A stretch of DNA of 63,869 nucleotides, counting the filler, from Choristocarpus tenellus KU-1152 (Eukaryota; Protista; Phaeophyceae): assembly GCA_964200185.2 (NCBI GenBank). It is 14 parts of 14 records of this genome, joined end to end, with 100 filler letters (N's around TTAATTAATTAA, not from the genome) between each part and the next. Parts side by side here need not be neighbours in the genome. Positions count along the whole stretch, not along the records: positions 40,379 to 43,471 come from CAXNAD020022369.1; positions 43,572 to 49,483 come from CAXNAD020009435.1; positions 49,584 to 52,255 come from CAXNAD020025767.1; 11 more parts are not named here. One strand, 5' to 3'. Below are positions 40,393 to 52,255 of this stretch, one piece after another. Positions within the stretch are counted from its first letter, which is position 1. Every line of letters begins with the position of its first letter. A program made the position numbers and the translations under genes. The notes under the pieces were generated by a model, which searched no databases, had not been told where the DNA came from, and saw only the letters and a list, made by a program, of their open reading frames with translations.

Positions 40393-40640
40393 GACTCAGG
40401 AAGAAAGGCACTTTTCGCGAGAATTTTTTACACGCGCGCCACTCTCGCGTGAATATATCTGGTATTTTGTGCCAAATCGCCCGAGAATTCCGGTACAAAA
40501 AACTATATTTTTGAGCATGTCAAAAAAAGAGGTACAAAATTGCATATTTTTCGATTTGGTTAATGATATTTGGCCCAAAATAGGGGTACCTACTGTATAT
40601 TTTACTATGTTGCCCTCTGATATTTTGTAGATTATTTTGT
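40393..40640 (-). mobile_element. TIR element family C, partial
   Basis: Reverse-complement match to 13660-13836; terminus GACTCAGGAAGA. Confidence 0.6.
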
Positions 40641-40924
40641 GTGTATGCGAAAAACCCAACCAATAGGTAAGGAATTAAGGAGTTACGTATGACATTTAAA
40701 TGTTTTGAGAATGTTTGTTAATGGTATGGTATTGAACTGGCTTTCGATTCCATTTAGTTATGTGTATATCTTAATTACACTATTTGCATTATACACTTAT
40801 CACATGATTACAAATTCACATACTAGTGGTTGTTCCACGCTAATACGCAGGCACTTGAAAGTGTGGGATATTCACAGGCACCACCTTAAGAGGGCGATAT
40901 TCACTGCTTGAGAACATTCAAGTA

Positions 40925-41561
40925 ATGAGCGGTGAAGTTCCAACTCGAGGGGACTCCTCCTCATCTAATCAGGGCTATGTTAGAACTCGGTATGGTGACT
41001 ACGGCTCCTTTCAGATCGCACCCCAACAACAGGATATCGGGTCCACCAGGCGACCACGGTTAAGGCGAACACCCTCGCCAATCTATCCTTTGTTCGGTAT
41101 ACTTCTTGTAAGCGTGTGTGTATACCTCGTTGCTGACAAGTCAGAGTTTCGTATTCAAAAACCTTTAGTGGGGTTATCGTCGGAGCAGTTAGTCGAGGAT
41201 TCAGCTTGGCGAGGGGTTCAAGGGGACGAGTCGGTGGATGGAACTGAGGGTCTCAAATTATTTGTGCGGGTTTTCAACTCCTACACCAATGACAGCCCTA
41301 TAGAATTGTACCCATGGGAGCACACGGCAGAGCCATATAGACCATCCACCATGGAGGTACTGGATGAGATGGGGGAGACCAGCAAAGTGATCTACAGGTG
41401 GGTCTATTTTTGGTAACTCTGTTCTTCCCTTATGTGACAGTGTCGCCTCACGCTTTTCTCTCGATCAATCCCTCTTTTTTTGCAGATGGGAAGTGGATGG
41501 TCATCTCCAAGGCTATGGAACAGCTGTCGAAGTGATGTTCTTGGATGTTGGGTTCCATGAT
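40925..41561 (+). CDS. Type II membrane protein, probably of the stramenopile tyrosinase-like family (5' exons only)
   Basis: Exon 1 40925-41397: ATG, a TM segment (LFGILLVSVCVYLVA) and NSY..LYPWEHTAEPYR. Exon 2 41486-41561: WEVDGHLQGYGTAVEVMF..HD. In phase. The family call rests on recalled N-terminal similarity; the copper domain is not in the window. Confidence 0.55.
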
Positions 41562-41859
41562 GTAAGACTGAGTCAAGGATTTGTCGCGCTGGTAGTGTGT
41601 CTGCACTCATGCATTTGTGTGCAGTTTGAAAATGATGTTGTTGCACCGTTGAATACACTGTTGTCTACACTTTGACACAGCCCATCCTCTCGTCCCTTCC
41701 GCATGCACAATTCCTGTCGCATGTAACTCCAGAAAAGGATGTATTGTCCTCTGTGATTGAAATCAAAATCATAGTCAGTAAGTTCTTTTGCAATTTTCTA
41801 CCTTTCACTTTGTTTCGCTTTCCGCCTTTGACCAAGATGACCATAATAATGAAATATTA

Positions 41860-42119
41860 GAGTCAAAGTATCTTAGAGGGTAGGGCCTTGTCCATTTGGG
41901 GGTCAAAATCCAATATTGCGATTTTGATATAATGTTGGCTATCGTGTTTGTTGGGAAGTGTCAATATCCTTGTTTCGGACACACCTTTTCATGACGTACA
42001 CATTTTACCTACTCTCAAACATTTTGGAGTAGGAAAATGTAACAAAAATACACCATGGGAAGTCAAGCACCAAATGGACAAACATAGCAAAACTCGTACC
42101 CTCTGAGATACTTTCAGTC
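41860..42119. mobile_element. MITE family A
   Basis: Both TIRs present; TSD tta/tta. Confidence 0.92.
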
Positions 42120-43417
42120 TTAATAATGCTACAGACAGGCAATAAGAAATCGCTCCCTTTTATGGTCACGTGCATAAATCGAAAGACAGGAGTGGTTCTC
42201 TCCTTGTCGCACACAGGAAGACACTAAACAGTATTTATTTATCATAAGAAACTAAATCGTAGTAGTAGGTTGCACTACACACGAAGCGGTGGGTTTCTAG
42301 TTCAGAATTGCCTGTCGGTCACTTTTGTGACCAAATCTATGCGCGCACTCACCCAAAAGCCACACCCGTACATTATTTTCTTGTTCATCAAACTCTCCTC
42401 AGGCAGGCACATACCCTCCCTTGCCCCCGCACTTTCCGTAATGGAGATGCTGGAGAAAAATGGCTAGTATCCTTCAGAGGTCCTTTCTCTCCGTAAGCAA
42501 CCATCCTTGTTGCACACTCCCATCACTGCACCCTGCTGTGCCCCATCCCGGCCATAGAAAGTCAGCAATAGCCCGTTTTGACTGTTGCAAGATGTGGAGT
42601 GCGCGCCGCTCTCCAACCTCGGTTCCTTCGATCCCTCGCATTTTCTCACTATCGATGTCTTTCCGCTCGTCAAGAGGGGTCTCTGATGGAAGGGAGGGAG
42701 GTCCCCTCTCTCTCGTTCTGCGTGCCCCCACACGCGCAAGACCTCTCAGCAAATATCCCTCACTATTGTTGTCCGGTTTGAGGGGCAGGAATCAGGCCGC
42801 AAAAAAAGAAAGAAAAAAAAATAGAACGATTGCGTTAAAAGAAAAAGAAAAAGAAAAAGAACAAAAAAAACACCGATGCCTATACGCGAATCCCACTCTC
42901 CACTCCACTCTCTGAAGGTGTGACCCCAATCCCGCGAGCGGCCTGGTGGCGATGGAGAGTATCAACGAGTTCAAACGGTGGGGGGAAGCACGCAAAGAAA
43001 TCCCGGATCGCTGACGAAAGAGGGGAAAAAAAAAAAAAAGGCGAAAGAGTAAGAAAAACAAAACAAAAGCGTTCCTCGAGGGATACGCACTCGTATGTAT
43101 GTATGTATTTCTGTCTGCCGTCGATGTGGCATCGCGTGCGCGGGCAAAGGAAAGGCCCAAACAAAGCTCTGCCGCCCAAGCATCGGCTTCAGTTGCCGTA
43201 GCGGAAGAGGGAACGGATGCCTCCGAGAAGTCGTGTCTTGCGAGGACGAGGGCGTTAAGAATGTTGATTTCTTCTACCTTGCAGGACACTTCGTTGCGGA
43301 GACGAAGGGGGGGGCGGGCGTGCGAAAATAAATGTTTTTATTTATTTATTTATAGCTGATGCAATTATTCCGTTTTTCCCTTTTGCTAATTTTTTTTTTC
43401 TGGTCGAGAAATTGGAG

Positions 43418-43452
<35 letters not shown>

Positions 43453-43831
43453 CTGGGGGGGGGGGGGTGTGNNNNNNNNNNNNNNNNNNNNNNNNNNNNN
43501 NNNNNNNNNNNNNNNTTAATTAATTAANNNNNNNNNNNNNNNNNNNNNNNNNNNNNNNNNNNNNNNNNNNNAGAACTGTTGTTCCCTGGACCCCTCCTCT
43601 GCTGCAAACGCTCTCTTTGGTCACCATAATTACCTGCGTGAGCGCGTATGGACTTTCTGCATGGTGCTCGGAGAAAAGCACATGAAAGGTGACTTCATAT
43701 CCTGGAGCGTGGAGTTGAGCGAGGAAGAAACCTACTCCCTTGAAGATGTCCCGGTGGTGGCGACGGAGTGCATCCGCCTGTTACTTGTGTGGAGGTGCAG
43801 TCGTCTTCTTGGGTTCTTTACATAGGTTTGG

Positions 43832-43887
43832 GGTTCGTTGTGGAGAATAGGTTCGTTGTGGAGAATAGGTTCGTTGTGGAGATTAGG
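43832..43887 (+). repeat. 18-bp tandem repeat x3
   Basis: GGTTCGTTGTGGAGAATA x2 plus GGTTCGTTGTGGAGATTA. Confidence 0.85.
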
Positions 43888-43915
43888 TTGATTGACCCAT
43901 GGCTGTAGGAGTGTT

Positions 43916-43989
43916 GGAGATGTGGCTCAGTTGGTTAGCGCGTAGGTCTCATAAGCCTAAGGTCGAGAGTTCGAGCCTCTCCATCTCCG
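43916..43989 (+). tRNA. tRNA-Met(CAT), elongator type
   Basis: Acceptor GGAGATG/CATCTCC, D arm GCTCAGTTGGTTAGCGC, anticodon arm TAGGT-CTCATAA-GCCTA, T arm GAGAG-TTCGAGC-CTCTC; a T6 Pol III terminator follows at 43993. Confidence 0.95.
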
Positions 43990-44370
43990 ACCTTTTTTGG
44001 CCATTCTCGTGACCTACATTTTTTGGTTAGTGATCTAACTCTTCGGTGTTTCCTCAATTAATTTCACTGGTTCGAATCCCATCAACGCCTGACGTCATGG
44101 AATCGGAATCTGGTGTCGGTTGTCCAGTTTCACATGGCAAGCACAACAGATTGTACAACCTATGCTGTTTTATATGAATATCCTGTCTCTCAACTACACA
44201 AAAGGGGTTGGACCTAGATTGATGAGGCAGCGTCGAGGTGGGTAAGGTACAAGATTCGAGGGAACTGATGTTGCTACGAACAGTGGGATTGGTAAGCCTA
44301 ACGCACAAGAAGCAAGTCACAGACAGGGATGGTACAATTAGTCGTAATGCCGCAGTTTACACGTAGTAGT

Positions 44371-44881
44371 GAGTCAGAGTAAACGAATGGGGTCGAGGTT
44401 TTGGGCGTTTTGCATTTTATGCCAATTTTTCAGTCTTTTGAAATTCACCCATATATGGATAATTCTATGGATAAGTGTTAGGTTTGATTTGAGAGGGTTT
44501 ATTTCCTTTTGTGTTAGGTTTGATTTCCACATAATTCGATAATATCCTACACATTTTTGTAAGAAAAAACGAATTTTGCACATACTTGCCGAGATCCTTA
44601 AAAATGCATCTCTGAGTAGAAGTATCTTAGAGGGTACGAGTTTTGCCCTGTTTTCCCGCTTAGGCTTGACTTCCCACGCGTTTTTTATGACTTATTTCTG
44701 CTCTGAAATGTTTCGGAGTAGGCAAAATGTGTACGTTGCGAAAAGGTATATCTGGAACAAAGATATTGACACTTCCTAACAAGCACAATAGCCAAAACTA
44801 CATCGAAATCGCAACATTGGATTTTGATCCCTAAAGGAACGGGACTCTACCCTTCTGGGTACCACTCACTTACTTTGACTC
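44371..44881. mobile_element. TIR element family D carrying a nested, 3'-truncated family-A copy (44614-~44855)
   Basis: Left end GAGTCAGAGTAAACGAATGG; right end CCACTCACTTACTTTGACTC; TSD agt/agt. Confidence 0.7.
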
Positions 44882-45826
44882 AGTATGAGAATTGTAGTAC
44901 ATCTGAAGACAGGTCGGGATAGTCTCCAGACTAAGCTGAAGACTAATAATAATTCTTTCAGGCGCACCTCATAACTCACTTCCACAGGATATGCAACTCA
45001 AATCCAATGACCTTCAAAAAACGCTACGAGGGGGGTCCACAGATGATAACCACGTTCGGTGTCAGCTTGATGTTTAGCTCGGTCAATGTATCGCTTTTCG
45101 CTTTATCAAAAGAGGTACATCAAAAGAAACGAGGGCGTGGTGATCCGCATCATCCTTCTATTGGCATCATCCACCGTTTTTCTACAGCAAAAGAGTTAAA
45201 TGAAGTGTTCAAACTGTGAAGGGGATACTTCAATCTTTAAAGTTTATTATTCTACAACTTCCTGGGATCGACATCTATTTTGTAAGATTATGTTTGAATT
45301 TCATATCTTACTCTGCATCTCCTATCAAATCATCATTTAATCTGTACGGCTACCTATATGTTACTAATATGGTATATTGTTCGCACTTGTTAGAATGTGA
45401 GAAACACTATAAATCAGTCACAAATTTTCGTGTTGGCTAAAACATGGGAAGAATTGCTTGCTCTATTCATGTGTAACATGCCCCCTAGCGTGAACCAGCA
45501 ATACATGTTTCACGCTTACCACAGGTGATTGTCATCGGTGAAGGTAATAGATTTCTTCAATCACCTCAGATAATCCTTTTTGGCAAGGAGAAAGAACGCA
45601 GAAGAAAAAATACCTAACTCCTAACATGTCCAAAACATTTATCCTTATCTACTTGGAGAAATGTGTTTGCAACTAAACTAATCAGAGTATACATGTACTC
45701 TTTCTAAAGTACAGTTACCCTAAGGTACCAAGTATCATCTGATTATTTCCTGTCTCTTGCCCCCCAAGCACAAAGCATACTGACGGCTGCTAGTGCGGAA
45801 AACAGGCAATATCATCAACATCAGCA

Positions 45827-46083
45827 GAGCCAAAGTATCTCAGAGGGTAGACCCGCGTTCATTTGGGGGCCAAAATCCAATGTTGCGATTTTGATGTAAT
45901 TTTGGCTCTCGTGTTTGTTATGAAGTGTCAATATCTGTGTTTCGGACACACCTTCATAACGTATACATTTTACCTACTCCTAAAAATGTTGGAGTAGGAA
46001 GATGTCATAAAAAAATCCATGGGAAGCCAAGCCCCAAATGGACAAACAGAGCAAAATTCGTACCCTCTAAGATACGTTCACTC
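45827..46083. mobile_element. MITE family A
   Basis: Both TIRs present; TSD agca/agca. Confidence 0.92.
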
Positions 46084-46534
46084 AGCAATAAAAAAAGAGA
46101 GAAAAATGAAGATAGGACAAAACAAGGAATTAAGGGGATCAGGTACCTGTTCGGATAAAAAGGAGAGAAGAAGAAGAAAAAGTTGTGATATAAAAAAATG
46201 GAAAAATACCAAAAAAGAAAATCCAAGAATAAAACAAAAGGGGGAAAAAAAATCCATGGAATAAGGGGGATCAGGTACCTGATGTACACAGAAAAAATAT
46301 ATATTCAAAAACAAAAAATGACAAGAAAATCAAAACATCTTACATAAATTGCTATCTGTTCTGATGTGGGTTACTTCATGGTTCCAACTTATGCTATCCT
46401 ATGTTCCATGCAGGGACTACCTGTTTCATGCTTACCACAGGCAATAATCATTATCTGGATAATAAGTATCCATCACCTTAGATCATGCTGCGATGGTATG
46501 CAAAATGGCTCTTTGGTAACAAAGGGGCTTCAGG

Positions 46535-46655
46535 TCCGACTCTGCCAGTTGTTTCCAACATAGGGACTCCAGTTCCAACTCTGCCAGTTGTTTCCAACAT
46601 AGGGACTCCAGTTCAGACTCTGCTAGTTGTTTCCAACATAGGGACTGCAGTTCCA
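46535..46655 (+). repeat. 39-bp minisatellite x3
   Basis: TCCAACTCTGCCAGTTGTTTCCAACATAGGGACTCCAGT repeated head-to-tail without spacers. Confidence 0.9.
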
Positions 46656-47411
46656 AATTAACCCATAGATTCCAACAATGATCAACAATCCCCTCGTTTC
46701 CTTTGAGAACAGATCCTCAAGCGTCGTAAAGCACAGTCAAGATCAATATATGTCTGACCAGATAAGAGTATTATACTTTTATGAAAAAATATATATATAA
46801 CTCCAACTAGCCCCAAAACAGGTCAACAAATATCTTTGTTTAACCTAGGAAAACTTTCCCAAGGGTCACAGAATACGATCAGAGTCAGATTGCCCCTGGC
46901 CTAGTCCGAGTATACATTTGCTCTTTCTGAAACACCTTAAACAATGACAAAGTATCTATCTCTGACATGGCCTAAAATGAATGGGTCCCCAGTTCCAATC
47001 ACTCTAATTACAAATGTGATTAATTTATCCGCGTTTCCTTCAGGATGTCCATAAGGTCACATAATGCAATCTCCGTTAAATTGTCTGGCCTATTCCGAGT
47101 ATACACTTGGTTCTTTTGAACTGGATCTTCAAAAGTTACAAAATACATAGCTCTGATTGGGCATACAATTTTTGTGTCTTCCGTTCTAATCTTCCCGGTA
47201 ATATAAATGTAAGTGCTATCAAGGATTAGACTTAACATTATTCATGACCTACACAGCATCTGATTATTGCCTGTTCTATGCGCCCCAAGCACAAAGCATA
47301 CTCAAGGTTGCTAGTGCGCAAAACAGGCAATGACAAAAATTAAGATAAATAAATAACGAAGGGTCAATGAGAGCAACAAATAGTAAAATAGTGAAGAGAA
47401 AGAAAAGAAAT

Positions 47412-47670
47412 GAGTCAAAGTATCTTAGAGGGTAGAGTTACGTCCGTTTGGGGGTCAATATCCTATTTGTTGCAATTTTGATGTAATGTTGGCTATTGTA
47501 TTTGTTAGGAAGTGTCCGTATCCTTGTTCTGAACACACCGTTTCATAACGTATACATCTTCCTATTTCGAAACATTTCGGGGTAGGAAAATGTAATAACA
47601 AACCTGTGGGAAGTCAAGCCCCAAATGGACAAACAGGGAAAAATTCGTACCCCCTAAGATACTATAACTC
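47412..47670. mobile_element. MITE family A
   Basis: Both TIRs present; TSD aat/aat. Confidence 0.9.
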
Positions 47671-48519
47671 AATAAAAATAAAATAAAAACTGGCAATAAA
47701 TAGAAAACGATACGTAGATGATGAGGCTAACGAATTGGAAACTGAACAAAAAATGAAATAAAAGGAGAAAAATATGTAATAATATCCAGATCATAGAGAG
47801 TTGTTACCACATAGAACAGAGGAAAAAAACAACAAAAAAGTAGTGAGTCCTGTGCTTGTCTTTTCTAAGGACTTCAGCCTATACAACCAATGTACATTAA
47901 TGTGTGCTCTAATGTAGGCAGCTTCTTCATTCCAACTTCTGCTGTCTCATGTTACTATGATTATCATTGCTTTAATCTCTTGTTCTAGCATGTACTGGCT
48001 GAGCCTCACCTTGTCCTTCAGGCATACATTTGTTACCTGCTGGGAGGTTTTCTAAAGGAGGCACTCGTCTCTCTCCTGCTGAATTCCTCCTTACCTCCAT
48101 CCTTTAACCATACCCTCCAGTGGGGTGACTTGAACTCAAGAACTGGACCCTGTCCTACCGGTCTCTTCAGCTTTCATCCTTCCACAATGTTTGACACTAG
48201 TACCAATAAGGAAGAGACGTAACACATCCTCTCGGGGCAAGAGTTGTTCTTGGGTGGGAATATTAGTTGGGCATGGTCTTGTGTTAGCGTTGTGAAGGCC
48301 CTAGAAGGCATGATAAATATCCAACTGTACTACGGTAAAGCTGTTCATTTCTTCTGTTTAGTTACCTAGTCTGACAACTATCCATCTTAGAACTTTCCTT
48401 TGTACTGCAATGCCATTTGCTAAGTTCTAGCAAGTGTACATTGTTACTGCTCGATCTGAGTGTTGGAATATTGACAAAAGGTACCCATGGTGGCAGTGGT
48501 GATGGTTGGGAGCATTGAT

Positions 48520-48875
48520 CTTCTCTAAATGACAGTACCCTCTAGTATTGTCTACAAAATGTTGTTCCTAAAAATAATTTCGTATGGCAGCCCCACCATT
48601 ATCCTACAACCCATATTGCGCACTTTTTCGTCTGTGAAAAACGCTATTAGAAGTTTGCATGACCTCAGTACCAGCATTGGTGGAATATTGCACCCTCTGG
48701 GGTTTGCTGCATGTAAGGTACCTTTGCCTGCCATGTTGAGCTGTGGTAAGCAATTTTCATAAAAATAGATGAGACCTGCACCTGTGTCAAGGAGTACCTG
48801 GCTGGACAAGCATTCTCGAGTGGACTCTGTGTGGGTGGCATAGCAGGGAATATGTCGAGACTTGACTAGTACCAT
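48520..48875 (-). pseudogene. LTR-retrotransposon (Gypsy-like) aspartic protease remnant
   Basis: VLLDTGAG catalytic motif and VGLPYEIIFxNNIL C-terminal motif; flanks are degenerate. Confidence 0.7.
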
Positions 48876-49333
48876 AGGCCGGTGTCATGGTGAATACTAT
48901 CAAGGTGGAAACTAAAGTCTAAATGTCTATAGTTGGAATGACATGACTGGAAACTCAGACTCCATGGTGTAACTTCCAGACGACTCTTCAGCGTCCAAAT
49001 CGGTTGGGCTTCTCGCGAATAGTGAGGGAAGTTTCGAGTCTTGCATCGCTGCTGGGTATCGGAGATGCGTTTCTATTAAGGCTACCATCGTACGAGACTC
49101 TGCAGTGGATTGAGTATTCCCCTGGGAACTAACGAGTGGTTTCATATGTACCTGCACCCGTCAGTTATGGACGTGAAGCAGTCTTGACTACAAGCATGAT
49201 GAAAGCATATTCTGTGTGTCTTTAGCAATGTATCGACTTCGTCCTCGGAGGCAGATGATGGTGTTAGATTAGACTCTTCCAACTCTATCAGACAGTTACA
49301 TGGACAGTTACAGAGTAACGGAACAATCAATTA

Positions 49334-49483
49334 GTGGTTGAGTTATCAGAACCTTTTACGAGTGATTAGTTGAAGGAGAATCTTTCTAATATATCAGATT
49401 TTTTATGATTTTTATTTTTTTGATATATGAGAAGTTTTCTCCTTCAACTAATCACTAGTAAAATGTTCTGATAACTCAACCAC
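49334..49483. mobile_element. 150-bp near-palindromic (foldback/hairpin) element
   Basis: GTGGTTGAGTTATCAGAACCTTTTACGAGTGATTAGTTGAAGGAGAA..TTCTCCTTCAACTAATCACTAGTAAAATGTTCTGATAACTCAACCAC; arms about 60 bp. Confidence 0.8.
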
Positions 49484-49856
49484 NNNNNNNNNNNNNNNNN
49501 NNNNNNNNNNNNNNNNNNNNNNNNNNNTTAATTAATTAANNNNNNNNNNNNNNNNNNNNNNNNNNNNNNNNNNNNNNNNNNNNCTCTTTCATCAAGCACA
49601 TTTCTCAGTATATACACGATGAAGTGGTGTTCGATCGAGAAAGAGAAGCACTCTAGACCCAGTGCACGTAGCAGTATTTAGTCAAAGTGTTGATGTACCC
49701 CCCACAAACGTAAATGTCATACATAACTGAGGTCCTCTAAATGAAACAATGATATGTGGCTCCACAAACCAGAATGTAGAGATGAATTGCAACAAGTCCA
49801 AGGGCACCTTTTAATAATTGCTCAGTCAGTCAGAGAGCCCTTTGCACACCACTTCC

Positions 49857-50113
49857 GAGTGAAAGTATCTTAGAGGGTACAAGTTTTGCCCTGTTTGTCC
49901 ATATAGGGCTTGGCTTCCCATGGGTTCCTTTATGACATTTCCTACTCCAAAATGTTTTGGTGTAGGTAAAATGTAAACGTTAGGAAATGGTGTGTCTGGA
50001 AAAAGAATACTGACACTTCTTAAATACATGATAGCCAAAATTACATCAAAATCGGAATATTGGATTTTGGCCCCCAAATGGACGCGGTCCTACCCTCTAA
50101 GATACTTTGGCTC
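49857..50113. mobile_element. MITE family A
   Basis: Both TIRs present; TSD ttcc/ttcc. Confidence 0.92.
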
Positions 50114-51038
50114 TTCCAATCCCCTCCTACCTTCTTGATGGTCACCCTGATCTCTCATTTCCATTCCTCCCACCCTCACACAGGCATTAACCATACAGCT
50201 TCTTCATGTCTGTTCATCAAACTCTCTCTCTCACACATACACACACACCCCTCAATACCCCATTTTCACCTACAACAGAAATCCCTAACATAAAGTGCAA
50301 CCACGTAGCATACTCTAATACCGTACCTTCCCGCTTCAACCCTCTACCGCTTCGTCATGCTTGCCTTAATCTCCCTTTCCTCTCCAACACCTTGACTCGT
50401 CAACACCAACACCCAGTGGGGAGCCCCAGTGGGAAAGGCCGGGTGGATTCGTTCCTGTGATCCGAGGGAACCCATACGCAACGAACTCACCCGAGGAAGA
50501 CTTCATCAAGTCTGTGCTTTCTCCTAAGCATTCCCAAGTAAGAAATAACTTGCAGGCGTATCATGTACATTTAATATGTGGTGGCGTAGATACATAATTC
50601 CAGTGTGCATATGATCGGTTGATATTACGGGGTTGGCTTGGATCGGTTCGATACATGTGGTGATCTTGTGAAATGTTCGGATGTGAGTAGTTTGGGGTCC
50701 CAATTCAAAAGTGATATTTTCAAGGGAAATATCACATTATTAGTATAGCACCAATTTGACAGCAGCAGTGAGGAAGATATTGTGAACAGGTGACTCAAGC
50801 GAAATTTTCTCGCAAGAGAAATGATCATAAAACACCATGTCAACCGAGCATGGGACATGACCCACATGCCACGTGTCTCGTCTCTGAGCTTGAGGAAACC
50901 TTTATTCCATAACAGCTTTGAGAAAGTAAAAAATAGTAAAAACTGGATCGATTGTACATCATATTTGGATTCCCTGGGTCTTTCTTCCATATTGCTGCCA
51001 CCATTAGGCATAGTTTTGTCAGGTTTGCATCATACTTC

Positions 51039-51326
51039 CTACGATAGAAATTACGTGTAATATAACTTTTGCAAGCTCCGTTCTAACCCGGGAACGGCCC
51101 ATGTGATAAACAGTCCTTAAGAGGCTTAGTTCTCATATATACTGGGAGGCGTGCAAAGTTTGACATGGTGGGCTGTCATGACTACGTTAGAAGTTACGTG
51201 TAATATAACTTTTGCAAGCTCCGTTCTAACCCGGGAACGGCCCATGCGATAAACAGTCTTTAGGAGGCTTAGTTCTCATATATACTGGGAGGCGTGCAAA
51301 GTTTGACATGGTGGGCTGTCATGACT
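51039..51326 (+). repeat. 143-bp tandem duplication, nearly identical
   Basis: CTACG(A/T)TAGAA(A/G)TTACGTGTAATATAAC..GGGCTGTCATGA at 51039 and 51182. Confidence 0.92.
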
Positions 51327-51520
51327 GTGGAGGATCACCAGTGCAAAGTCGACCAAGTTGCATTTGATCGGGTTCAGAGCAGGTGTTTATTGGGATGCCT
51401 AGGACAAAGGCCCCCCATTTTTTGAGGGGCTCGCTCATCCAGTTGTCGCTCATCGGTCCCAATTCTTTGGCCCAGAAGTCTGTCCAAAGTCCACACTCAA
51501 ACACCCCAACGAAGAACAGC

Positions 51521-52077
51521 ATGATGATGCAATACCTGGAGGCGAGAGGGTGCTAGGCTCCGATGCCTCAGGGGACAGTGGCACCCATCACGGAGGAATT
51601 CGGAATTTCCCGAATCACATTTTCCGTCATCTGAAGGAGTATGATAGCCAGGTCACATGCGTGAATAGAGACCTTCTACGACGTCGCAAAGGGCGACTTG
51701 GCCGCCGTGCAAGTATCCTCGACCTTTGGGATGTCCCATTGACACACACACATCCTTCCACAAATTGGTGGCAAAACCGAGGTCACCCTTGCCTTGTTGT
51801 GGGATCTGTGTAAGCACAAGAAGGTGAAGAAGGTCATGTGGTGGACTAAGTCAGTCCTCTCAGACCAGGAGAAAGTCAACAGGGTGGGTTTTGTTATCAG
51901 CCACACACACAGTAGGGTGGGGAGTGAAGAATGAGGGAAAGATGTGTATGACTGGGTGCGTGTAGATGAGAAGTGGTTTCATACCCTCAAAGATGGGCAA
52001 GGTGTGTACCTGCATTCCACTGAGCACCCCCCCAAACCCCTCATGGCACAGAACAAGCGTCGCATTACGTAGGTGAT
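51521..52077 (+). pseudogene. Tc1/mariner (DD39D, plant-mariner-like) transposase, disrupted
   Basis: ..TKSVLSDQEKVNRVGFV..YDWVRVDEKWFHT..GVYL..QNKRRIT*VM, with the diagnostic DEKWF at 51965; stops and frameshifts; cut by a MITE at 52078. Confidence 0.85.
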
Positions 52078-52255
52078 GAGCCAAAGTATCTTAGGGGGTA
52101 GAGTCGTGTCCATTTGTGGGTGAAAATTCAATGTTGCGATTTTGATGTAATTTTGGGCATCGTGTTTGTTAGGAAGTGTCAATATCCATGTTCTGGATAC
52201 ACCTTTTCGTAACGTATACATTTTACCTACTCCGAAACATTTTGGAGTACCAAAA
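52078..52255. mobile_element. MITE family A, partial
   Basis: GAGCCAAAGTATCTTAGGGGGTA terminus; truncated by the contig end. Confidence 0.88.

Noticed and set aside
7264-41561. Apparent oxidative-defence cluster (yaaA, haloperoxidase, tyrosinase-like, GT15)
   Set aside because: Each gene is on a different contig joined by artificial linkers, so the proximity is not evidence of linkage
42460-43350. Overlapping GC-rich ORFs on both strands
   Set aside because: Homopolymer-rich, probably error-prone sequence; no family or consistent splice model
46535-46655. CRISPR-like 39-bp repeats
   Set aside because: Head-to-tail with no unique spacers and no cas genes, in a eukaryotic context
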